Assembly (NCBI GenBank): GCA_043228905.1
Contig: JBHGNT010000012.1
Span: 5,766,001 to 5,830,000, forward strand
Source: Azolla caroliniana
Lineage: Eukaryota; Plantae; Polypodiophyta
DNA: 64,000 bases
Direction of reading: 5' to 3'
Shown piece by piece: positions 1 through 12,199 of this stretch. The notes under the pieces are model-generated. The model searched no databases. It was not told where the DNA came from and saw only the letters and a program-made list of their open reading frames with translations. Every line of letters starts with the position of its first letter. Positions within the stretch are counted from its first letter, which is position 1. A program made the translations under genes and the position numbers.

Positions 1-869
1 GAATCGACATTAAACATCATATGCAAATTCCCAGAAATGCTTCATCAAGTGCCACATAGATTGAAAACACAATGTGTAAAGTACAAAGTAATGTACACAC
101 AATTAGGAAACATTACCCAAAAACACTACAGGTATAACATATACAAGCCACATATAAGTTTTTGTTTTTAGTTTATTGAGACGTATTAAGAACATTGAGT
201 GATAAAAAACAATGTAATTTACAATAAAACAATCTTGAACTTAACACATACATCTCAAAGAGCACATATGGAACAATCCAAAATGCATATCAATAATGAA
301 ATTACTAACAAATTAACATTATGTTTGGTTTCATGGATATAGACTCATATAAAGCCATAATATTATTTTTTCTCAAACACATTGATCAAACAAATGGCAA
401 CCTACTTCATATTTCCATTTGAAATGTAAGACATCATATATTCACATACTCTTACCCAAATCAAAATGAAATAAAATAAATCATTTTGTTATTGCAATAT
501 CTACTTAAAAAACTTATTGCAATAAAGGTTACCCTTATAAAGACTGAGTATATAAAAAGAAAACCCTAAGAAGTTCATTTTAGGTTGTAAATTTCATGTC
601 GTTTCCATCTTCAACATTGGACCTATATCATAAAATGTAACACCAAAAGCAAGAAATCTTAATATACATGGAAGTAAATATTATCTTAATATACATGGAA
701 GTAAAGAAATCAAAAAATATATTTGGAATACCGTAGGTTTATATTTGGTTTCTACTCTTTTCTCCTTTTCCTATTAAAATAAAAAGCATAAATATTAAGT
801 TACTTTAATACATATTATATATGTACATGTATGCAAGTATATAATTCAAAATAGCTTATATATACATAC

Positions 870-3800
870 CTGGGTTTTATTTCCAAAAGAAAATCGTTGA
901 AAACTTTACAATCGCTTTCATCTAACAGATAGTTATCACATTTTGCATTATATGTGAGGTTCGCTCATCCAATAATTGATTCAAAGTCAACCATTTTAAT
1001 ATCTGTCAAATCATATGCAAATAATCTACTCCCCTTAATCTTCCTATACCAACCAAGTTGTAATTGAACATCTTCAAGTCTATCGATCAAGTCAATTCCT
1101 CTCTTATACTCCACAAATTTATTTCCAATCTTTCTTCGCATCCTTTGTACTCGTCCTAAGTACCAAACAACATTTTTATTTGATATTCCTTTTCTTTTCG
1201 GTCTTGTTGAATTAACATCTTCTTCAGTAAAGAATACACCACAATCTGAACCAATCCCAATTAGGTTCCCATTTCCATTTAGGAAATCATTTGCATTCTC
1301 ACATGAGTAGAAGACCCCCTTCTCTTACACGTGTGAGTCTATCCTTTGACAATGTTGGATTACCATTTAGATGACTCACAAGTGTCGATTTAAATATAAT
1401 CTTAACATCCACTTGAACAATTGAAGAGACTTTAGAGTTCACATTGTTTTCATCCAATATAGCATCCAATTCATGGTGAATTTCACTTATTGCAATCTCA
1501 TCATCATTCTCCACACATTCATGCATTGTGAAGTTTTTATTGTGTTCAGCACATTCTTCATCATTTTTCTCTCCATATATATAACTCAATGATTGTTTTG
1601 TCTCAATCTCGGGATAATTCCACCATTGCCCATTGTGTTTAGGCTTCATATTTAACGACTCACATAAAATTTGGGCTTCTTTTAAACCTTCTTTAAGTGC
1701 AAAAACAAGTTGATCATCATTTGAGATATCAATGTAGTCTTTTAAGTTTGCAAGAGGCTTGTCATGCATGAAATTGAGTTTAGACCATATTGATTATTGC
1801 TTCTTCCGAGCTCTTGGAAAAACCAATCCATTATCAATGCACTCAAAATTGGCAAGCTTGTTTACATTTCCGCTACAATGCAAAACATCTGATATATCAA
1901 ACGCACGTTCTATACCAATCATTCCCCCTATTTTACTAAAAAATATCTCAACTCCATCAGACCCTGTGAGATGCAATGGACATTCTAAAAGTCACGAAAC
2001 ATTTTTATAAGTAAAACTACAAAGTGACAAGATATTTGTACATCCAAAAATGTTTCTCGACTAATGAAATTACTTTTGAAGTTATAAATTGGATTATCTA
2101 GAATCCATAATCTCCATATTTGAAAGAAGAATGCAACTTTAGATGCGAGTACCACACGCTTGAATAAGCTCTCATGAGGGGATAGAAAAATATCAATATA
2201 GTCACCTAATATATGCAAGTATACATGTGTTCTCAAAGCGCCTCTTTCTCTTACTTTGACACCTTCTCCACTTGGTATAACATCTTTAAACAATTAGTAA
2301 CATTTCTACTTGCAATTCTTTGAGCTCCAGTCCAATTTTGTCTATCTTCTCTCGTAATATCACATTCCCTTAAGCCATGTGCATCAATAGAGAAGTTATT
2401 ATATACCAAAGACACATGATTCAATGTGATCCATACATCCCCAATTACTAATTGTCTTGAGGGATTATCTAGCGCATTCACAAGTTTCTTTCCATTATGG
2501 ATGAAATCTTGATCATGAAGACAACTTACCAGATCATTATGCATTTGACCTGTGAAGATCCAACCATCCCAAGGCAATTTATATCTTAAGCATTTGCTTG
2601 GGGTTAAGTAATCTTGAAGCATAATCTTTCTTCTCCTACTATCTCCATCCGATGCATGTCCAACAATTGGCCTAATACTTGTGGAGAGATGTTTTTCCCA
2701 TTAAGTTTCCACTTCATTCCATTGGCATTTTACAAAATCTGCATCAAAGCAAGTACATGTACATTGTACAACCAATACTAATCGTGGAAGTTTAGGGTGA
2801 AGAGGATTCGCAATTAACACCCTAGCATAGTGTCCAACCACATAGTCTTTAAAGGAGCTAACAATGGTTTCATAACCAACATTAGAGTCACCCACCTTTA
2901 TCATACATGATGAGACACGTTGGTGATTGGATGACTTCAGACCACAAAAACCCAAAAGTAAATCATTTGAGCTATCCCACTTAACATTCTGCTTAATCAC
3001 AGTCTCATTCTCAACAATAATGAAAGGAACCTTTGTTATAATGCCATGCACTCTTTTTTCATTTTCATAAATCTTAGCCACATCTTGAAATATATAATCA
3101 TGGATCCCTAGAAGGAATTTAGTTGCTTTCCTCTCAACTCTCTTTGTAGTGCTTAATGATGGTCCATCTAAATTTTTAGAAACAAAGTCGTGTAATCTTG
3201 GTCCAACCCACATTTTAATCATGACAAAATTGCCTTAGATGTGTCTTTAAATCGTTGTCCATGTGGCTTTCGAGTAAGGTTTTGTGCAACATCTGTCAAA
3301 AAATCCCATAATGCATTCTTTCCACCAAATTTTCCAGCTCGATGAGCCTCAATAATGTTATTACAAAATCTTCAAACATCCTTCCGTTCCACACTCTCAA
3401 GGGATGCTTCCTTGAGAGTCATTACCTTTACCGAAAGCATTGCAACTTTGCAAGCTAGCCACCATATTTGTCTATGAGCGCGACAGATAGTTTGCTTAGA
3501 ACTTGAAATTTCCTTTCTTGTCTCTTCTTTAGTAAGATAATCTAATCACCTACCCTCCCCAGTTCCTCGATTACCTCTTTTGACTTTAGCCCTACGCTCC
3601 CTATACACCCTCATACGGAAATCATTACATTTTTGGAATTTCATTACATTTTTCACATGTAAGATTATGAAAGGGTTCTTCAATCTTTGATACTCTTTTA
3701 CAATCAAAATGGCGAGAACATCCATCAATAACACACTCTTGCATTTCATACATCACAACAGCTTTGGTGTAAGGCTCAGAGAACCATAAGGCTCCATGAT

Positions 3801-4226
3801 TTTGACCGATGAGAAATGATTTTACATGTATTTCTTCATCATTTATCACTATGTTGTTATGCCAATATCCCCAACACAATAGTGACAAACCAAAATAATG
3901 TGGAGTAGAGAACTCACATTCTTGACTAGATGAAGGTCGCAAGGTTGAAACAAGAAATTTGCTCAAGGTTTGTTGATTTGAAGGTAAAGCTTCTTGTTTT
4001 TGTGGACGACCCCGAAATCCACTCATTATTGGTGTACTAGCATGTCGAACCATCTCCATTGCCTTTAGATGGGTCTTGGATTGTATGTGTTGAGACAAGA
4101 TTGTTGACAAATCACTCCGTGGAGGGCATAATGGCAACCAAGATTCATCAATCTTGCATTTTACCTTCACCATTGCCTTATCTTTATATCCATGAAGTGT
4201 TGCCTCTATTAAATCAAATTCTGCAT
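870..4226 (-). pseudogene. Decayed P-element-superfamily DDE transposase gene (large exon; several frameshifts and stops)
   Basis: ORF pieces 3625-4173, 2701-3222, 2251-2622, 1985-2293, 1794-1976 and 1299-1769 join collinearly. Motifs in P-transposase order: IVENETVIK (first D, here N), GHASDGD, QDFIHNGKK (D(2)H), RQNWTGAQRIAS, GDYIDIFLS, GSDGVEIFFS (catalytic E). Acceptor ttttatAG before 4226 and donor CAG|GTATGT at 870/869. Confidence 0.7.
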
Positions 4227-4992
4227 CTATAAAAAAATATTTTTCACATATATTAGCATATTATTCATAATTACAATATTAAGGTTTAAAGTACAAACAT
4301 GCTTACCACTTGTGTGTGTGTGTGTATGTACATATTGTGTTATGTGTGTATATGTGTATATAGGTATGTGTGTATGTATGTACATATTGTATTTTATTTT
4401 ATTTTATTGCATTTTGTGTGTGTGTATGTATGTATGTATGTATGTATGTACATATCGTGTTATGTGTGTATGTGTGTATGTATGTATGCATTATATGTGT
4501 ATATAGGTATTGTATTGATTTTATGCATGTGTGTATAGGTATGTGTGTATTATGTACATATTGTATGTATGTATGTGTGCATTATATGTGTATATAGGTA
4601 TTGTATGGATTGTATGCATGTGTGTATAGCTATGTGTGTATTATGTACATATTGTATGTATTTCATGTGTGTGTTGTGTGTTATGTTTGTGTGTGTGTAT
4701 GTATGTTCCATACAACATATATATGTGTCCATATGTGTATGCATATTCTACACATGTGAGTGTGTGTGTGTTTATGTATGTATGTGTGCACATATTGTAT
4801 TGTATGTATGTGTTATATGTGTAAATGTGTATGTATGTAAGTGTATATATGTGTATATAGGTATGTGTGTATGTATGTTCCATACAACATATATGTGTTT
4901 CATGTGTATTTCATGTGTGTGTATATAGGTATGTGTGTATATATGTACATATTGTATTGTAATGTATTAATTTCGTTTATTGTATGTATGGC

Positions 4993-5026
<34 letters not shown>

Positions 5027-7109
5027 CTAAGAATTTATGTGTTAGTTTATGTTTGTACTTATGTGTACCTATAAAATATTTGTTGAGTAGTTGTGGCAAC
5101 CCCAATAGAGAATAATGGTGAGCAAAAGTGGCACGACAAGGCGAGCGGTGGCGGCGGTGGCGGCGGCGGCAAAACGAGAACAGAGGCGGCAGCAAAACGA
5201 GGACAAAAAGAAGGGGAGAAGAAGCAATCGCATAAATGAGCAGAGAAGAAGAGGGAGCAAAGGAGGAGGCGACAAATAAATAAAAAAACATGAATGTTTG
5301 AATGTATGTTTAGTATGAATGTATGTTATGTATGTATGTGCACATAATGTATGCATGAATGAATGAATGAATATATATATATATATGTAATGTATGCATA
5401 AAATATGTATGCTTCAATGAATAAACATGAATGAATGAATATATGAATGTACATATGTAATATGTAATGTATGTATATTTGTATGTGTGTGTGTGTGTGT
5501 GGATATTTGTTTGTAATATGTATGTATGTGTATGCATATATGCATATGCAAATGTACATGATTCAATGTGTATGGATGTGTGATTGAAATATGTGCATAA
5601 TATCTATGTATATATATGTGTATGTATATGTAGCAATGTATAAATGAATATATGTATATTCATGTACGAATGTACATATGTGTATGTATATGTAGCAATG
5701 TATAAATGAATATATGTATATTCATGTACGAATGTACATATTTGTATGCATATATCCATATGTAATGTGTGTGTATGTATAGAAGACTATATGTATGTGT
5801 ATATATATATATACGTATGTGTGTATATATCTAATATATGTATGTATGTACGTATGTGTATGTACATGTAGCAATGTATAAAAGACTATATGTATGTCCA
5901 TGTACGAATGTATATATGTGTATGCATATATGCATATGTCATGTATGTATGTATGTATGTATGTATGTATGTATGTATGTATGTGTATGCATATATGCAT
6001 ATCCAAATGTACATGATTCAATGTGTATTGATGTGTGATTGTAATATATGCATAATATCTATGTAGATATCTTATGTATATATGTGTATGTATGTGTAGC
6101 AATGTATAAATGAAGATATGTATGTCCATATACGAATGTATGTATGTGTATGCATATATGCATAATATCTATGTAGATATCTTGTGTATATATGTGTATG
6201 TATGTGTAGCAATGTATAAATGATGATATGTATGTCCATATACAAATGTACATATGTGTATGCATATATCCATATCTAATGTATGTATGTATGTGTATGC
6301 ATATATCCATATGACAATGTACATGATTCAAAGTGTATGGATGTGTGATTGTAATATTTATGTATATATCTAATTTATGTATATGTAGACAGTAGCAATA
6401 TATAAATGAATATAGGTATGTCCATGTATGAATGTACATATGTGTATGCATATATATGACAATGTACATGATTCAATGTATATGAATGTGATTGTAATAT
6501 ATGCATATGCAATGTATGTATGTACACGCATGAATGTACATGTATGCATGTACATATGTATATATATGTAATATGCAATGCATGTATGTTTGTATGTGTA
6601 ATAGTCTACTATGCATACATGAGTGTGTTCATAATATTTATGTATGTGTAAGTATACATGTATGTATTGTAGTCTGTGATGAAATGTATGTATGTATGTT
6701 TATGTAACATATTTATGTGTATGCATGTATGTAATGTATGTATGTTTGTAAAACTTTTAACATTGTAGGCATATGTACATATATATATGGTGATATGTGG
6801 AATATGTATGTACATATGTAATGTACAGTAAACATTCGGTTAAGTACGCACTTTGAACGCAAGGAAGAAGTGCGTACTTAATCGAGCCGCGTACTTAGGG
6901 CTTTTTACACACAATTTTTTTTTCCCCAAATTTTGTTTTGTTTGCACATTTTAGAGAGCGTAGCCCCAACAGCCACCGATCAAACCCTGTTTGCTTCTTC
7001 ATTGATCACGCGCAGCTGCATAGAATACTATTTCTTCACCTTAGCTCTTCTCAACACATTGTTTGTGCTCCTATCATCTTCTCCGGGTATGTAGAATTTC
7101 TGTGCATTT

Positions 7110-7990
7110 CTAGGTTTTCTAAGACCGAGGGTTTAGGGAACTAAAAAATAATTGGCTGTGGAAGAGTATGTGATGCATGTGTCTTGTTTTCATTGCTTAA
7201 TCAGATTTCATACAATGATTAAGTTCATAAATTGTTGGTTCCTTAGATCAAGGGTTTAGGGAATTCGAAAATTATTGACTATGGAAGCGTAAATGATGTA
7301 TTTGTCTTGTTTTAATTGTTGAATTGGAGTCCATATGGCGATTAGGTTCATAAATTATAGGTTTCTTAGATCGAGGTTTAGGGAAATGAAAAATAATTGA
7401 TTGTAGAAGAGTTTGTGATGTATTCGTTTGGTTTTTATGGCCGAATTAGAGTCCATATATCAATTAGGCTTACAAATTATGGGTGTTTTAGTTCGTGGGT
7501 TTAGGGAATTCAAAGATTATTGGCTGTGGAAGAGTATATGGTGTATTGGTCTTGTTTTTATGGTTGAATTAGAGTTCATATATCAATTAGGTTTCTTAAT
7601 ATGAGGGTTAAGGGAATTTGGAAATTATTGAATGTGAAAGAGTATGTGATGTATTTGTCTTGTTTTTATGGCTGAATTAGACTCCATATGTCGATTTGGT
7701 TCACAAATTATGGGTTTCTTAGTCCAAGGGTTGAGGGAATCAAAAAATTATTGATTGTGGAAGAGTATGTGATGTATTTGTCTTGCTTTTATTGCTGAAT
7801 TGAACTCTATATGGTGATTAAGTTCATAAATTATGGGTTTCTAAGGCTGAATGTCTAGGGAATTTGAAAATGATTAATCGTAAAAGAGTATGTGATGTTA
7901 TTGTCTGGTTTTTATGGCTGAATTAGAGTCCATATGTCGATTAGGTTCGCAAATATTGGGTTTCTTAGTTTGAGGGTTTGGGGGAATTAA
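7110..7990 (+). repeat. ~120-bp tandem repeat, ~7 units, inside the pogo element
   Basis: Recurring AGGGTTTAGGGAA...GGAAGAGTATGTGATGTATTTGTC at ~7128, 7251, 7373, 7497, 7604, 7727, 7850, 7972. Confidence 0.9.
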
Positions 7991-8041
7991 AAAACAATAG
8001 ATAAGTCAATGTGAAATTAGCTAATTAGCTTTATTACAGAG

Positions 8042-9789
8042 ATGAATGCAACCCGCAAGCGAGGTGTTGGACCTCGTTTGAATGATGAACAAAGGCTACA
8101 AATTTTGGAGATAGTGGAACAACCATCAGCTCCTTCTCTTCGCAAAATTGGCAGAAAATTTGGTGTGAGTGAAGGTGCAATTAGAAGTTTGATCAAGAAG
8201 AAGGATGAGGTACGAATGCGTGTCCAATTAAAAGATCATAATACAAGGAAAACAACTTTTCGGGGATCTAAAGGGAAATATCCAGAATTAGAGGAACGCT
8301 TGTATGCCTGGATTGATGCATCTCGTAGATTGTCGATTGCATTGCCTCCATCAGTTATAATGGAAAAGGCTCGACGACTGGCTACACAAATGAATATTTG
8401 TGATGATGATTTCAAAGCAACTTGGGGTTGGTTTAGGAAATTTCGTCATCGCCAGTGTTTGAATACTATTAGTTTGTATGGCGAAGGAGGGGCAGTTGAT
8501 CGAAATGACCCTCAATTGTTGGCTTCTTTGGAAAGGCTCTATGCTATAGTCAACGAGTATGATCCTCATTGTGTTTACAATATGGATGAAACAGGCTTGT
8601 TTTTTCGATTAGTTCCGAGATACACAGTGCTTTTGCCTAGTGAAGATCCTACAACAATTCGGGGTAAGAAAAAATTGCTAGATAGAGTTACCTTAGTTGT
8701 TTGTTGTAATGCGACTGGAACTGAAAAAGTTCCTATTACAATGATTGGAAAGGCTAAGGAACCTTCTTGTATCGTTGGAAATTCTTGGCCATTACCTTAT
8801 TTAGCACAAAAAAATGCTTGGATTGATATCCCTACATTTAATAAGTGGTTTGATCATGTGTTTGTACCTTTTGTTCGTTCTCGAACTAATCGTAAAGTGC
8901 TTCTAATCCTTGATAATGCTCCTGGACATGCCGAAGCATTTGAGCGTGATGCTATCAAAGTGATTTTTTTCCCATCAAATGTCACATCATGGAAGCAACC
9001 AATGGATATGGGAATTATTGCAGCTTTGAAAAAGAGGTACAAATATCATTTGATAAGAGAAGTTTTGACATATCATGATAGTCCAGAAAATGTTAAGATT
9101 CGTTTGGAGGATGTAGCTCAACGAATGAGACGAGGTTCTGTTGGTTTAGCTTTTGGAAAGTCGGCACATTTGCTAGATGCTGCCAATCTCATTGTTATTG
9201 CTTGGAATGAGATCACACAAGAGACACTTTTTAATTGCTATAGAAAGGCAGATATTATTCCATCATTCCGTATTAATGATGTTGAAGTTGTTGAAATGGA
9301 AGATCAATGCCTTGATGATCTTGTTGCTTTGTTATGTAACTGCAGTTTGCTTGAAAATGCACATAATGTAGAAGAATTTGAGAGGAAATCATGGAATGTG
9401 TCAATGCAGATGCAAATGAATCAGAAAAACTTAATCAGAATCTCCTTGAAGAGATTGATGAAGTTATAGCGCAAGCATCCAACACTAATGAACCACTTGC
9501 AGATGATGAAAACGATTCAGATTCTGAGTTTATTGAGATGCAAGATATGCATGGATGCTTAAAGGAAGACAATGTGATTATTCCTAAAGTATTGCAAAAT
9601 ATTGTTGATACCGAACTCATGGTGAACTCGATAATGACAACAACTTATCTAAGTTCTGAGAAAGCAAACCAAGTGAAATTAGCTTTATCGAGTGCTCGTA
9701 GAATTATTCAAGAAGCAAATTTTGTTATTGTTTCTAAGCGTATCGCTAAAAGTAGGCAAATGACCCTACATGATTTTGGTATGAAATAA
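8042..9789 (+). CDS. pogo-type DD30D transposase (CENP-B-like HTH + DDE_1), one frameshift near 9383
   Basis: N-terminal HTH, YNMDETGLFF, LILDNAPGH, QPMDMGII with 30 residues between the 2nd and 3rd D. ORF 9391-9789 supplies the acidic tail ending QMTLHDFG (PIP-box-like). Confidence 0.9.
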
Positions 9790-12199
9790 CGAAAGACTTA
9801 GAAATCTCATTTTTGTTGATTTTTTGCGATTGTTCTAATCAATCTTAAAAGTATGCACATGACCTTACATGATTTTGGTGTGAAATTGCAAAAGAATTTA
9901 GAAATCTTATTTTTATTAATGATTTTGTTGTTTTTTGAATTATTGGAACATAGTTTCAATTTGGTTGAATGTATTTTTTTGCAAAACAATGTAATTTTTT
10001 TGAACAGGATTTTGACATCTATAAAAAGCGTATTTAATAGAATGGAGTACTTAATTGGACACGTACTTAACCGAATGGTTACTGTATGTATGTGTATGCA
10101 TATATGTATATGTCAATATACATGATTTAATGAGTATGAATATGTTTGTAATATGTGCATATATATCTAATGTATGTATGTGTGTGTATGTATGTGGTTA
10201 TATATATGTAAATGTATGAATGTATGTACGTGTATATATGTAATGTATTTATGTATGTATATTTTTGGGATATTTTCATGTTTAGTACATATGTATATGG
10301 CTCGCATATGGATGTATGTTTGTAATATGTACATAATATGCATGTATATATCCAATGTATGTGTAAGTATACATATATCTAATGTGTGTGTGTGTGTGTG
10401 TGTGGTCTAGTATGATCTATACATATGGTGATATGTAGAATATGTATGTACATATGTAATATATCTATGTATGTATATATGTAATTTATGCATGTGTAAA
10501 TTTGTATATTGTGTAATAGGTATGGATTATGTGCTATGTAATATCTAATTTATTTATGTGTAAGTATACATATACATATCTAATGTGTGTGTGTGTGTAG
10601 TATGTATATATATAAGTATTGTGGTTTGTATGGTCCAATATACTCTATACATATATATGGTGATATGTGGAATATGTATGTACATATGTAATATGTATAT
10701 CTATGTATGTATCTATATATGTATATATGTAATTTATGTATGTGTAAATTTGAATATTGTGTAATATATGCTATGTAATATCTAATTTATTTATGTGTGT
10801 GCACGTGTATATATATGTAATATATGTAACTTGTTTGTAAGTATGAAGATTTGTATATATATAGTATGTAATCTTAGCCTTTAAGTGTTAATATGTATGT
10901 GTATGTGTATACATATATATAATATGTAATTTATTTTTGTGTGTTTTGTATGTATATATGCATTTGTGTATGTATATATGTATGTAATATGTAATTTTAT
11001 TGTATGTATTATGTACATATTTACATATGGTAATATATATTTGTACATATATTTATGTTTAGTTAATATGTATGTATAAATGAGTGTAATGTATGTATAT
11101 ACATATTCATGGATGTAGGTATATATGCATGTGTGATGTGTGATATATGAATGTAGCATGTAGGTATATATGCATGTATATGATATGCATGTGTGATGTG
11201 TGTTATGTTTGTGTGTGTATGTATGTACATATTGTATTGTATTGTATGTATGGAATGTGTGTATGTGTATATAATATATATATATTATTATTATATATAA
11301 TATGAATTTTATTTTTTTTGTGTTTGGTTTGTATATTTGCATTTGTATATAATTGTGTGTAATATGTAATATATCAAATATGTTTGTAAGGAAGTGTATG
11401 TATAAATGTAATATGTAATTTTTATGTATGTATGTCAATATATATGGCCAATTCTAATATGTATGTAGTATGTAATGCATGCATGTATGTGTATGTACAT
11501 ATTTATATATGGTAATATATATTTATACATATGTAATATATAAAATATGTTTGTAAGGAAGTGTATGTATAAATGTAATATGTAATTTTTATGTATGTAT
11601 GTCAATATATATGGCCAATTCTAATATGTATGTAGTATGTAATGCATGTATGTATGTGTATGTACATATTTACATATGGCAATATATATTTGTACATATG
11701 TAATATATAAAATATGTTTGTAAGGAAGTGTATGTATAAATGTAATATGTAATTTTTATGTATGTATTATCTATATATGTATGTCAATATATATGGCCAA
11801 TTTTAATATGTACGTAGTATGAAATGCATGTATGTATGTGTATGTACATATTTACATATGGTAATATATATTTATGTTTAGTCAACATGCATGTATAAAT
11901 GGGTGTAATATATGTATGTATATACATATTCATGGATGTAATGTTTGAATGTAGGTATATATGGATGCATGCATGTATATGTATGTATGTATGTATGCCA
12001 CTTCAAATTTGAGTATTGTTTGCATAATATATTCTTTACTATCTCATTGAAATATCTAATATTTCATGGGCTTATGTAAAAAAATTTTCAGCATAATTGA
12101 TAATATACCCTTATGTAAAAATATTTTCAAATATTTTTTAATACCCTTATGTATATATATTCTGTATCTCACTGATTAATTAAAACCCCTTTTGATGAA

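Larger units (their letters stand above)
6826..10084 (+). mobile_element. pogo/Tigger-like DNA transposon (Tc1/mariner-pogo), full length
   Basis: 23-bp TIRs CAGTAAACATTCGGTTAAGTACG (6826-6848) and CGTACTTAACCGAATGGTTACTG (10062-10084), 1 mismatch; TA on both flanks (6824-25, 10085-86). Confidence 0.95.
4300..12000. repeat. Long (TA)n/(TG)n/(TATG)n low-complexity field, with higher-order duplications (e.g. ~143 bp units at 11420-11880)
   Basis: Seen directly; explains the many spurious Cys/Val/Tyr/His-rich ORFs here. Confidence 0.95.

Noticed and set aside
7110-7990. Interstitial telomere
   Set aside because: Only ~1.5 TTTAGGG units per 120-bp monomer, not a telomeric array
4299-11438. Many Cys/Val/Met/Tyr- or His/Thr/Ile-rich ORFs
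   Set aside because: Translations of TA/TG microsatellite; the same applies at 43925-44496
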